DNA of 62,856 bases, the filler included. It is 7 parts of 7 records of this genome, joined end to end, with 100 filler letters (N's around TTAATTAATTAA, not from the genome) between each part and the next. Parts side by side here need not be neighbours in the genome. Positions count along the whole stretch, not along the records: positions 1 to 28,164 come from SRR9188676_824; 6 more parts are not named here. One strand, written 5' to 3'. This document shows positions 1 to 9,369 of this stretch, one piece after another (the stretch's first letter is position 1; each line of letters opens with the position of its first letter). The notes under the pieces were generated by a model. That model searched no databases and had not been told where the DNA came from. It saw nothing but the letters and a program-made list of their open reading frames with translations. Position numbers and translations under genes: made by a program.

Positions 1-1
1 A

Positions 2-27
2 GCAAGATGGAGATTATGTATACATAA
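2..27 (-). promoter_or_regulatory. Candidate origin of transfer (oriT): palindrome plus MOBP-type nic site
   Basis: Perfect palindrome TTATGTATACATAA at 14-27. The minus strand then reads CATCTTG^C (9 to 2), matching the MOBP nic consensus YATCYTG^Y. Lies just upstream of the mob genes. Confidence 0.55.
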
Positions 28-102
28 ACTACCGTGCAAGCACTTTTTGAGGAAGGAATCATTTTACAGAAAATACACATCAACCTAAAATATCACAAAC
101 CT

Positions 103-465
103 ATGGAAGCAAAGAAGCCAAAACAATCAGGACGACCTAGATTAGAAGATGCCTTGGAATGTGTTATTCCAGCGAGGTTCACCCAGACAGAATTTGAAGA
201 GATTAAACAAAAATCAAAAGGCTTAAAAATGTCAAGGTCAGCTTATATTCGTTCCATGACGCTCAAAGGGAAGGTTCAAAATTTGTTTACGGAAGAAGAA
301 CAAAAAGCCAAAAAACAATTGATAGGAATTGCCAATAATCTTAATCAACTCTTGAAGCTTTGTCATATTCATGGCATAGAGAAAATGATAAAACAAGTAA
401 ATCTACAGCTAGGAAATATTGATAAAATCTTAGATAAGTACAATCATGGTGGGAGTAGTGAGTGA
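103..465 (+). CDS. mobA: Relaxosome accessory ribbon-helix-helix protein (Bacteroidota MobA / plasmid MobC family)
   Basis: GRP N-terminus, RHH segment SRSAYIRSM and the LIGIANNLNQL motif; overlaps the relaxase start. ATG at 103 preferred over GTG at 34. Confidence 0.85.
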   Translation: MEAKKPKQSGRPRLEDALECVIPARFTQTEFEEIKQKSKGLKMSRSAYIRSMTLKGKVQNLFTEEEQKAKKQLIGIANNLNQLLKLCHIHGIEKMIKQVNLQLGNIDKILDKYNHGGSSE

Positions 466-1477
466 AAAGGGAAAATCATTTGAAGGTCTAATTAATTACT
501 TGTTTGAAGGAAGACTAAAAGATAGAGGAAGTGCTAATAAACGCCCTGAAATCGTGAGTCATGCAGAAAATGTGAGAATTCCTTTTGGAATAGAAGATAA
601 AGTAGGTCGAAACAGGCTTATCTCAGATTTAATCAATCAAGCTAAACTACATCGCAATTATGGTGATTATAGCACGAAGTATGTTGGAGAGCATATTTTA
701 TCTTTTACGGAAAAAGACGTTAAAAAATTAGGGAAAGACCAGATAAAAGAACTTTGCGAACAGTATGTAAAAGATGCTGGTTTAGATAAAACTCAATATG
801 TAGCCATCTCACATGCTGATACAGAGCATTATCATATTCATGTTATCTTTAATAGGTGCCAGAATGATAATACGCTGTATCCGGATTGGAAAGAAAAAGC
901 AAAAACAGCAGAGAGAGCTATAGCGCTTGCTTTAAAATATGATTTAGGTTTAACAGATAAGCAAGAGCACATGGCAGATAGTAAAGGGGTTTTGGAAATA
1001 AGGGCAAATCACGGAGATATTATAGATTTAGCCAAAAATCCAGTTCTCAATAGTATCAGAAATATAAAGCATTTAGAAAAAATCTGTGAAGCTCAATACA
1101 TTCCATTTTCACTAAAGAGAGACAAATTGAATGTCGGAAATAAGACCTTCAAGAAGCGAGATTTAGAGGCTGTGTTCTTTAGGAACCGTCAAATGAGCAA
1201 AGAAGAAAGAGACAATAAAAAAGCTAGTGAGTATTCATCTCAAAAAAGAAAAATTAAACAAAAACCAGCCTATACCCTCAAAAAAGAAAAGATTAAAAGA
1301 AAATCAGAAGAGCAGCAAAAGCAAGAAAAGAGTAATATTAACCTGAGCATTCTAGATGAACCATTACAAAGTATTCCTCAACCCTTAGAAGAAAATCTGG
1401 AGTTTAATTATAAAAAGGCATATAGTAAAAGTGATAAAGAAGAAAAAATGTACTATAAAAGAAGAAAAAGGCGTTAG
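446..1477 (+). CDS. mobB: MOBP-family relaxase
   Basis: N-terminal FEGLINY (catalytic Tyr), HILSF motif and the HADTEHYHIH HUH motif. Confidence 0.9.
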   Translation: MVGVVSEKGKSFEGLINYLFEGRLKDRGSANKRPEIVSHAENVRIPFGIEDKVGRNRLISDLINQAKLHRNYGDYSTKYVGEHILSFTEKDVKKLGKDQIKELCEQYVKDAGLDKTQYVAISHADTEHYHIHVIFNRCQNDNTLYPDWKEKAKTAERAIALALKYDLGLTDKQEHMADSKGVLEIRANHGDIIDLAKNPVLNSIRNIKHLEKICEAQYIPFSLKRDKLNVGNKTFKKRDLEAVFFRNRQMSKEERDNKKASEYSSQKRKIKQKPAYTLKKEKIKRKSEEQQKQEKSNINLSILDEPLQSIPQPLEENLEFNYKKAYSKSDKEEKMYYKRRKRR

Positions 1478-1534
1478 TATTTTGAAAAATAAGTATTTAG
1501 CTCTATAGTTCCCTTAATAATTTGAATACTTCCT

Positions 1535-3943
1535 ATGAATGAACAAACCAAAAATGCAGAGTTTATCAAAGTGATTGGCATTACACTTATTCCTGTACAC
1601 CTCTTTTTCTTTTACTATCCATTGATGCGTAAAAGCTTACACATTTCATGGCTAGATCCTATTTATTTGTCATTAAATGGAAGGCTTTCCATGGTAAATT
1701 CGTCGATACTGATGAACACTTTAGCTGTTTTTATGCTATTAGTATATGCCATTACAACGCCAATTGGAAAAGATAAAGAGCTTAAAAAATCACAAATAGT
1801 CAGGAATACTAGCTTTGGTTGTTTACTTATTCTAATGAGTGCTTTCTTGTTTTATGTATTGCCTTATAACCAGTGGGGATTTTACGTATACATAATAGGG
1901 TTGGGGATAGGATATTATTGCTACATGAGTAATATTGCTTTACTATTACAACTGGTTCAGCTCAATCAATCAGAGGAATTTAATGTTGAAAAGGAGACAT
2001 TTCCTCAGATGCTAGAAAAAGTAGAGACAGCGCATAGTATTAATATCCCATATCATTTTTACTACAAGCAAAAATGGCATAAGGGCTGGCTTAATTTTGT
2101 TAATCCCTTTCGAGCCATCTTAGTAGCAGGTTCTCCTGGTTCAGGAAAATCTTTTGGAACAATCAATTTAGCCATCCATCAATTAATTCACAAGGGCTAT
2201 TGTTTGTACGTTTATGATTTTAAAATACCAACCTTAGCACTAGAGGTGTTCAATGGACTTTGGCATTACAAAGAACTACTCAAACAAGAATACGGGAGCA
2301 TAGCCCATTGGGAGAAAAAGACAGGAAAGTTTTTTCCCAAGTATTATCAAATAGACCTTAAAAACCCTCTTAAATCCAACAGAATCAATCCCATAGGGTC
2401 AAACTTAATCCTAGAGGTGGTTGATGCTGCAGAAAGTGCCAAATTTATCATGCAAGGCTTAAGAGGAACAGAAGGTGGGGGAGATGGGAGTAGTAAATTC
2501 TTCGACCAATCAGCAGAAAACTTATTAACGGCTTGTATATACTTTTTAAAAAGAAAGTCTAATCAATATGGAAAGGAATTTTGTAGCCTTCCCCATGTAG
2601 TAGAACTGCTACAAAAGCCCTATGAAATACTCTTTCCACTTTTAATGTCCGATCCTTATGTCAGAAACCTCGCTTCGACTTTTAACAATGCTTTTGAAAA
2701 AGGCGTTTTTGAGCAGCTACAAGGGCAAGTAGATTCCTTAGTGATACCGATGGGACAATTAAGTGATCCCGGCATCTACTGGGCCTTTACAGGAGCAGAT
2801 TTTGATATTAATATTTCTAATCCTAAAAATCCCTCCATTTTAGTGATTGGAAACGACCCAGATAGAGAAGATACCTATGGAATATTACTTTCATTACTCA
2901 ATGGAAAGCTCACTAAAACCATCAACAAAAAGAATCAATTACCTTTAGCGGTTATTTTAGATGAATTACCCACCTTACCTTTTAATTCGGTGAGTAATCT
3001 AATAGCCACCGCACGTTCTAATAAAGTAGCCTGTATTTTAGGGATACAAGATACTTCACAGTTTGTATTAAGATACGGGCAAGAAAAAGCCAATATGATT
3101 ATTAATATGGTGGGTTCTATTTTGACAGGACAAATTCGAGGAGAATTAGCCAAGACTATTTCTGAATGTATCGGGAAAATCAATCAAGAACAGGTTTCAG
3201 AAAGTATTTCGGCTCAGGGAATTTCTTATAGTGTATCGACCCAGCTTAATGAGGCGGTAACCATTTCTACGATTGCCAATTTATCGCAAGGAGAGATGGT
3301 TGGAACCATTTCAGATGATTTTGTCGCACCACTTAAATACAAACGCTTTCACGGGAAAATAGATGCCTTAGCACACGAAGCATCACCCACGACAAAAATG
3401 CCCATCAAAGAAATCCCAGATTTGAATCCTGCTTTTCGTTTAATGAAAGGCGAAACAGAAAGCGATAGAGAAATGCGAGTAAAAATTATGGTGAGAGAAA
3501 ACTATGAAGCAATCAAAAAGGATTTAGTCCTCTTACAATATTTAGAGCTGATACGCTTTCAGTTTCAAAAGGAAGAAAGTCAAGATATTAATTTAGAAGT
3601 ACTGGCAGAAGGAATGCTGAATTATATCATGAAAGTGAATAAATACCTCACCAAGGAAGGCTTAAGTCCTCAAGGAGAAGTATTTATGGATAAATTAGAA
3701 ATCATGAATACCATCTTTCAGAACAATATTGCTAGTAAAATAGCCTTGTCAGAAACTGAAAGTCAGGATAGTTTAGTGGATGGAAAGATTGTGGCAGCTC
3801 CCAAGAAATTGTATGAAGAATATACCTCTGAAGAAGCCAAAACCTTACAAGCACATTACCGAGAGTTTTTTCAAGTGTATAGCAGTGCTTCTGTTCAAAA
3901 ACCGATGAATGATTATGAAAGTTATGATGGCGATGATTTTTAA
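1535..3943 (+). CDS. mobC: Type IV coupling protein (Bacteroidota MobC, VirD4/TraD-like)
   Basis: N-terminal TM segments, GWLNFVNPFRA, Walker A GSPGSGKS, Walker B ILDELPT and ATARSNKVA. Confidence 0.92.
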   Translation: MNEQTKNAEFIKVIGITLIPVHLFFFYYPLMRKSLHISWLDPIYLSLNGRLSMVNSSILMNTLAVFMLLVYAITTPIGKDKELKKSQIVRNTSFGCLLILMSAFLFYVLPYNQWGFYVYIIGLGIGYYCYMSNIALLLQLVQLNQSEEFNVEKETFPQMLEKVETAHSINIPYHFYYKQKWHKGWLNFVNPFRAILVAGSPGSGKSFGTINLAIHQLIHKGYCLYVYDFKIPTLALEVFNGLWHYKELLKQEYGSIAHWEKKTGKFFPKYYQIDLKNPLKSNRINPIGSNLILEVVDAAESAKFIMQGLRGTEGGGDGSSKFFDQSAENLLTACIYFLKRKSNQYGKEFCSLPHVVELLQKPYEILFPLLMSDPYVRNLASTFNNAFEKGVFEQLQGQVDSLVIPMGQLSDPGIYWAFTGADFDINISNPKNPSILVIGNDPDREDTYGILLSLLNGKLTKTINKKNQLPLAVILDELPTLPFNSVSNLIATARSNKVACILGIQDTSQFVLRYGQEKANMIINMVGSILTGQIRGELAKTISECIGKINQEQVSESISAQGISYSVSTQLNEAVTISTIANLSQGEMVGTISDDFVAPLKYKRFHGKIDALAHEASPTTKMPIKEIPDLNPAFRLMKGETESDREMRVKIMVRENYEAIKKDLVLLQYLELIRFQFQKEESQDINLEVLAEGMLNYIMKVNKYLTKEGLSPQGEVFMDKLEIMNTIFQNNIASKIALSETESQDSLVDGKIVAAPKKLYEEYTSEEAKTLQAHYREFFQVYSSASVQKPMNDYESYDGDDF

Positions 3944-4965
3944 GATTGACTCCACTTTCTCCAAAGCATTTCAAGGACACCCATGTTATTAACCACCAAG
4001 AATTTGCTAAAGAAGAGTATCACTAATTGAATGATACAATAGGAGAAGAAGAACTCATTAAAATACCCTTCTATATTGCTGTCAGACCAAAGCCAAATGC
4101 TTGTAATGATCATATTTTGAAGTAAATAAATGGTAAGACTTCTTCTACCAAAGGGGATGAAGAAAAGAACCAAAGAATAGTACTTTTTAATGAGTAGATA
4201 GAAGCCAATGACAAAAGATGTAGATAAAGAAAGGATATAAGTAAAGAAGAATATTTTAACCAGAGCACTTCCATTTTCAAGGATAAAAAAGATAGTGGCT
4301 AACGCTATAAACATCATTGATAAAGAAAACCACAAGAGCGTAAACCTTTTTCTAAGAATGAATCCTTCTAAATGAAAGAAGGAGATAAAAAAGCCTATTG
4401 AAGCCATTAATAGCATTTCTAAGTGATAACAGACAGCGAAATATAAAGAATGAAGGTTTAGGTTAATACAGTATTTAAGATTAGCGATAAAGATGTTTGA
4501 ATCATGGAAATAGTCTTTTGGGTTTCCCGCTTCATTCATATCAAATGGAATATAATAGAGCGCCAAGAAGGTCAGGAAGCAAATGAATAGGAGGGAAGAA
4601 ACAGGATATTTTGCTAAAATAGGATGAGCATAAAATAGTATTAAACCAATGATGGCATATTCTTTTAAAATATCTCCGTAGAAGAAAAGATTATTAAAAA
4701 TTCCCAACAAAAAAAGCAAAAACATTCTTTTAGCAAAAGCAGATGGCTTGTCTTTAGAAAGCTTAATCAATAGACCAAAACCATAGCCAAAGATGGCACT
4801 TAAACAGAACCATCCCTTATCGTTAATGAATAAAAGAATGGAAGAAAGAATAAGATTAGGCTGTATTACATTAAAAACGGCAAAGGTGTTATACAAGCCA
4901 ATCCACAAAATAAAATAGCCACGAAGCGCATCAATGACGCTGTTGCGATTGTTCTTAGGATTCAT
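3940..4965 (-). CDS. DUF418/YeiB-like multi-pass membrane protein
   Basis: IDALRG, FGYGF, YGDIL, GRRSLTIYLLQ and GVLEMLWR motifs; very hydrophobic. Confidence 0.8.
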   Translation of the reverse strand: MNPKNNRNSVIDALRGYFILWIGLYNTFAVFNVIQPNLILSSILLFINDKGWFCLSAIFGYGFGLLIKLSKDKPSAFAKRMFLLFLLGIFNNLFFYGDILKEYAIIGLILFYAHPILAKYPVSSLLFICFLTFLALYYIPFDMNEAGNPKDYFHDSNIFIANLKYCINLNLHSLYFAVCYHLEMLLMASIGFFISFFHLEGFILRKRFTLLWFSLSMMFIALATIFFILENGSALVKIFFFTYILSLSTSFVIGFYLLIKKYYSLVLFFIPFGRRSLTIYLLQNMIITSIWLWSDSNIEGYFNEFFFSYCIIQLVILFFSKFLVVNNMGVLEMLWRKWSQS

Positions 4966-4987
4966 GTATGATAGGTTTTAAGGGTAA

Positions 4988-5014
4988 CTCAGTACTCATG
5001 TAGAGAGTACTGAG
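4988..5014. terminator. Stem-loop after the DUF3945 gene (possible terminator or processing hairpin)
   Basis: CTCAGTACTC-N7-GAGTACTGAG, a perfect 10-bp stem. Confidence 0.45.
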
Positions 5015-5032
5015 GAATAAGTATATTGTGTG

Positions 5033-6193
5033 TTACTTCTTCAAAGACTTAGGAGTACTGATTTCATTTTTAGGTACTTCAAGTACTTCTTTCACAACCT
5101 CTTTTTTATCAAGGGGAATGGAAGGTGTTTTTTTTAAGAGACCTGTATAGGCAGCATCCTCCAAAAGTGGAATTTTTAAGGCTTTTTCATTGGTTTTTGT
5201 CTCAGCTGTTGGTATGACAGCTTGAGCTTCCCCTTTCTTAAAATGGAAAACGATTCCTTTTTCAGCATCTAAAGTAATGTTAGCATCAAATAGCTTACCT
5301 GTCTTATTGCTGGTAAGTCCTGTGAGGGAAACGGACTCCCCTACACGTAATTGATTTCTTTGCTCCTCAGAGAGTTCTAAACCCAACAATTTTTTAGGAA
5401 TATCTTGGATGGGCTTGAGCTCCAAATGGCCATCTTTTAAAGAAACAGCAGCACTAAATAGGTTACCTGTTTTGGCCGAGCGTAAATCGTACAGTAACAC
5501 AGTCTCTCCATGTTTAATTTGTTCTTGTTGCTCTTTGTCCAATTTTACACCCAGTATTTCTTTAGGAATGGATAAATCAACTTTTTTAAAGCTCAAACCT
5601 CTATTAAGTGCATCTACACTAACAACAGCGTCCCAATTTTCACCACCATCTTTGGCGGTAAGTCCTTTTAAAAGAATGGGATTTCCTTGTTTGAGATTTT
5701 CCTTTTGTTGCTGGGTTAATGTTACACCAAGAATAGTATCTGCAACTGATAATTTAGAAGCACTCATGGTTGCCAAGGTATTTGTCTCTTTATCTAACGA
5801 AACATATTTGGGTGTTGCTATACCTTTTTCATCCACATAAATGACTCTATTAGCATTGCCAAATTGCTGTAATTTATCAATATCTTCCTGACTTAAAAAC
5901 TGCTTTAAGGCAGAAGGAATTTGTAAGGTTTGTTGTTTTTCAATAAAATGCAAAGTTGGTTTCTGCTCAGGATAGGTTAATACATACTTTCCTTGGCGAC
6001 TTTCACCTTCAGGATTCATTTCAAGGAGAGGCGTTCTTTTCCCATCAATCAGGTTTTTCGCCATTTTACTTAAATCCCCAATTTCCTTGTAATCATTGTG
6101 CACGACGATGAGTACATTCTTTAAGATTTTCGCTAATTCTTCTGAAAGGGCTGCAATGTTTTGCAGATGTTCTTTTTCATTAAATTGTGCCAT
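5033..6193 (-). CDS. DUF3945/DUF4099-type conjugative-element protein with three tandem repeats
   Basis: YVSLDKETN followed by three units like ILGVxLxxEQxxQLxxGExVxLxGLxSxKTGxLFxAxV. Confidence 0.75.
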   Translation of the reverse strand: MAQFNEKEHLQNIAALSEELAKILKNVLIVVHNDYKEIGDLSKMAKNLIDGKRTPLLEMNPEGESRQGKYVLTYPEQKPTLHFIEKQQTLQIPSALKQFLSQEDIDKLQQFGNANRVIYVDEKGIATPKYVSLDKETNTLATMSASKLSVADTILGVTLTQQQKENLKQGNPILLKGLTAKDGGENWDAVVSVDALNRGLSFKKVDLSIPKEILGVKLDKEQQEQIKHGETVLLYDLRSAKTGNLFSAAVSLKDGHLELKPIQDIPKKLLGLELSEEQRNQLRVGESVSLTGLTSNKTGKLFDANITLDAEKGIVFHFKKGEAQAVIPTAETKTNEKALKIPLLEDAAYTGLLKKTPSIPLDKKEVVKEVLEVPKNEISTPKSLKK

Positions 6194-6217
6194 GAGATGA
6201 ATGTTTAAAAGATTAAA

Positions 6218-7513
6218 TTATACCTGATTGGCAGGCTTTGAGGAATTACTTTGTGTATTGGCTCCCGATTGAGGAAGTCCGTAAATTTTACTAGCATTAC
6301 TATTACCCCCGCCACCATCAGTACTATTGCCACTAGTCCTTGCCATTTCTGCTGCTTTAATAGTCCGAGCCGCTTCAGCGATAGGTTTACTAATGGTCTG
6401 TGCCGTTTTAAGGGCAAGAAAACTGGTGGCTGCCACAAATGTTGAGCCTGAGATAGGAGAGTTGGTCATTCCCCCCGAAGCGCCACTGACAATTAAAGTC
6501 ACCAAAGAGGGTGTTTTGAGCACAGCAAAACAGCCAATGATAGTAACACCAATGGACAGAAATACAGGAGTCCAATCAATGTATTGAATGGTGTTATAAG
6601 CCTCTAGTGTACTATTAGCCGTCGCTAAAGACCCACCAATGATGGTTCCTCCAAGAATATGCGTGTTTTCTGCAAACTTAAGCAGTACATCATAAGCATT
6701 TTGGTCAGAAATGTTTTTAAGGCGGTAGGCGATGGCTAAACACATATTGGCCACAGGAAACCAAAGTAATTTCCCGACATAGTTGGCATAAAAATTCTTC
6801 CAATTATCAGAAAAAGCATGAAAGACAGAAAGACCAATAGCGATAGGACCAAAGGCAATTAAAATGGCAAGATTGATATTTTGCATGGTCAGTACTGCTA
6901 GATAACTAATTTGCAAAGCCACATTAATTAAGGCATTGATAATGCCTACAATCATTCCTATCCACCATGAAACAGCAGTAAATAGCTTGACATTGTAATA
7001 AATATTAGAAACCGTTTGCTTAACACTACCTAGACCGTCACTAACAGCATTTTTTATATCATCCAGAAAGCCCTCATCTTGTTCTACAGGACTGTTTGTG
7101 CCATTGCTAGGTGTATTGTTGATATTATCCGCCTCTTCTGTTTGATTATCTTTAATTGTCTTCTCTAAGTCAATTTTATACTGCTCTTCTAATGCTTGAT
7201 TTTGCTCCATGTAGGAAATTGCCCAGCCTTGAGTAGAAGCGCCGACGGGAGAGATAAGAAAATCACAAAGACTAAGGGTCGTATTATAGAAAATGAGTAA
7301 CATTGCCAGCATAAATGGACGAACAAATGCTTCTAAGTGCGTTGCTAATCCATCGACTTCTCCACTGGCCATGATTCTCCACATTTTAATGCAAATCCAA
7401 AAGAGTGAACCGACTCCTGCGATGGTTCTACCCACGGCAATAAAAGGAGAAAATGCCGATTTTATATCGGAAGTAATCACATTGATTTCTGAAACAAGGG
7501 CTGAAATATCCAT
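6218..7513 (-). CDS. traJ: Conjugative transposon TraJ (VirB6-like)
   Basis: GRTIAGVGSL, VRPF, LIAFGPIAIGLSVF and LWFPVAN motifs; Gly/Ser-rich tail. Confidence 0.85.
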   Translation of the reverse strand: MDISALVSEINVITSDIKSAFSPFIAVGRTIAGVGSLFWICIKMWRIMASGEVDGLATHLEAFVRPFMLAMLLIFYNTTLSLCDFLISPVGASTQGWAISYMEQNQALEEQYKIDLEKTIKDNQTEEADNINNTPSNGTNSPVEQDEGFLDDIKNAVSDGLGSVKQTVSNIYYNVKLFTAVSWWIGMIVGIINALINVALQISYLAVLTMQNINLAILIAFGPIAIGLSVFHAFSDNWKNFYANYVGKLLWFPVANMCLAIAYRLKNISDQNAYDVLLKFAENTHILGGTIIGGSLATANSTLEAYNTIQYIDWTPVFLSIGVTIIGCFAVLKTPSLVTLIVSGASGGMTNSPISGSTFVAATSFLALKTAQTISKPIAEAARTIKAAEMARTSGNSTDGGGGNSNASKIYGLPQSGANTQSNSSKPANQV

Positions 7514-7517
7514 CGGT

Positions 7518-8141
7518 TTATTGGCTAAGTAAGAAGCTACAGGTTAAGAATTCAGCGCCTAAATCAGATTTTTTATTATCATAATACACATTCAGTGTAT
7601 CCCCATGAAAACTGATAGTATGTTTATGCGGGAAAAGTAATGGAAAGAAGTAATTCGTAGATTTTTGATGGTCTATTTGATGAATCTTTCTATTCAAATA
7701 AAGAGCTTTTAGGATTGATACAGCCGTATCTTTTTGATTTAAACCTCTTGTACCTGTTTTTTTAAGGATTTCAAAAGCACTGTTGTCATCCTTGATTTTT
7801 ATTTGATCAGTCCATTGGATTTCAGATACTTTAGTTCCATGGTCAATGATTTGAAAAGTAGCCGTTGAATCGAAAATGTTCTTTAAGTCCAAGGTAATAT
7901 ATTTTTCATATCGATTGCCCAGCCAATTAGCTGTTTTCCCTTTGTACCAGCGATAAATTTTATTTCCGTAACGGAAATGGGCTTCAATGCCAATGAGCTG
8001 AAAATTCTTAGCCGAATAGGCTTTAATGACATCTGAAGCAGTTTCTATCTTAGCATCGTTTACTTCAGATGTTGAAGAACAAGCTACAGTAAAGATTAAT
8101 ATGAGTAGGAGCGAGATTCGCTTTAAGTTAATGGTTTTCAT
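7518..8141 (-). CDS. Lipoprotein of unknown function (entry-exclusion candidate)
   Basis: Signal peptide with lipobox TVA-C; lies between the VirB5-like gene and traJ. Confidence 0.6.
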   Translation of the reverse strand: MKTINLKRISLLLILIFTVACSSTSEVNDAKIETASDVIKAYSAKNFQLIGIEAHFRYGNKIYRWYKGKTANWLGNRYEKYITLDLKNIFDSTATFQIIDHGTKVSEIQWTDQIKIKDDNSAFEILKKTGTRGLNQKDTAVSILKALYLNRKIHQIDHQKSTNYFFPLLFPHKHTISFHGDTLNVYYDNKKSDLGAEFLTCSFLLSQ

Positions 8142-8176
8142 AAGCATAAGAGTTAAGAGAAATATATTTTAAAGGT

Positions 8177-9364
8177 TTATTTATCGAAATTCATCATTTT
8201 TCCAGCATCCATAGCACCAGAGTTTTTATAGAAATCAGAAACATTAAACTTATTATCTTTACTAAACAGAGCGTTTTCATGTTGCTGTTTAAGCATGATG
8301 AGTTCGGCATGAAGTTTATTGATTTCTGAATCAATTTTTGTGTACAAATCAACTTGTTTATTGATTAATTGGATTCTATCAATGTCGGATAATCGCCCTA
8401 ATTTGGCATTGATTTCAACAGCTTGACCTTTCCCTTTTTCATTGGCAGAGCCACCAAATATTCCTCCAAGGTTTAGGCCTAAAGCATCTGATAGCGTAGA
8501 AACCATTTGATCTTGAAAATTAGAGGCAAGTTCATCAATAGAATTTGAAAGACTTGATTCAAGGTTATTAAAGACGTTCCCAAGATTGCCACCAGACTGA
8601 AGTGTTTGGTAGAAATTATTCAAAGCTTGAGTATTGCCAAACTGAATAAGGTGCTGTTCTAGCACAGCGAGTTTGATTTGTTCTGAGCCATCAGAATTCT
8701 CAAACTCACTCTTTAAAGTGCTGAGTGTTGTTAGTTGATTGGTGACTGACTGGGTAGCCGCATTAAAACTGTTTTCAATGCCCTTGGTATTGACCTGTGC
8801 GCCAAGTCCCGTACCTGTTTCTCCTTGATTGGTATAAGATGCTGGATTGGTATCAAAAGAGATTGGTGCAGTATTACCCTGTGTATTGGTAAAAGGCTGA
8901 TAACGAGTATCTATGCTGATAATTCCTTGATAGAGACCATTAAACTTTGTGATGTATAATTGCTTTTGAAGGGGATTAATAAAGGGTATGATAGCCTGCT
9001 GAAAATAACTTTTTACTTGTTGTAAATGCGTTAAAACCGCTTGATTTCTTCCTCTGATATTCATGTCCTTTTCATAATAGTTTTTAATTAAGTCAGAAGG
9101 ATTGTTGTTGTAGTTAAACTCTGCCATCTCAAGGTTTAGCCTCGTTTTCTCAGTTGAATTCATGCCAATGACATCTGCCGTTGTTTGATTTTCTGTTTTT
9201 AATTGAGAATTCGCAATTTCTTTATGGTCTCCCTCAATTTTACTCATCAGTTTTGATTGGATAACTTGTGCAATATTTTGAGCAAGGTTTGAAGGGTCAA
9301 TCACTGCGGCATGGCTGGTAAAGCTTAATAAAATACCCAGTAGGAGGTAGTGTGATTTTTTCAT
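8177..9364 (-). CDS. Secreted VirB5/TraI-like coiled-coil protein
   Basis: Signal peptide then VIDPSNLAQNI (VxDPxN motif of VirB5/TrbJ/TraI); C-terminal LSDIDRIQLI resembles TraI/DUF4141; Q/N-rich. Confidence 0.55.
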   Translation of the reverse strand: MKKSHYLLLGILLSFTSHAAVIDPSNLAQNIAQVIQSKLMSKIEGDHKEIANSQLKTENQTTADVIGMNSTEKTRLNLEMAEFNYNNNPSDLIKNYYEKDMNIRGRNQAVLTHLQQVKSYFQQAIIPFINPLQKQLYITKFNGLYQGIISIDTRYQPFTNTQGNTAPISFDTNPASYTNQGETGTGLGAQVNTKGIENSFNAATQSVTNQLTTLSTLKSEFENSDGSEQIKLAVLEQHLIQFGNTQALNNFYQTLQSGGNLGNVFNNLESSLSNSIDELASNFQDQMVSTLSDALGLNLGGIFGGSANEKGKGQAVEINAKLGRLSDIDRIQLINKQVDLYTKIDSEINKLHAELIMLKQQHENALFSKDNKFNVSDFYKNSGAMDAGKMMNFDK

Positions 9365-9369
9365 CTTTT

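Noticed and set aside
5409-7532. Short ORFs overlapping the DUF3945 and traJ genes, and similar ones elsewhere (e.g. 36731-37195, 48200-48625)
   Set aside because: Antisense or alternate-frame shadows of well-supported genes.
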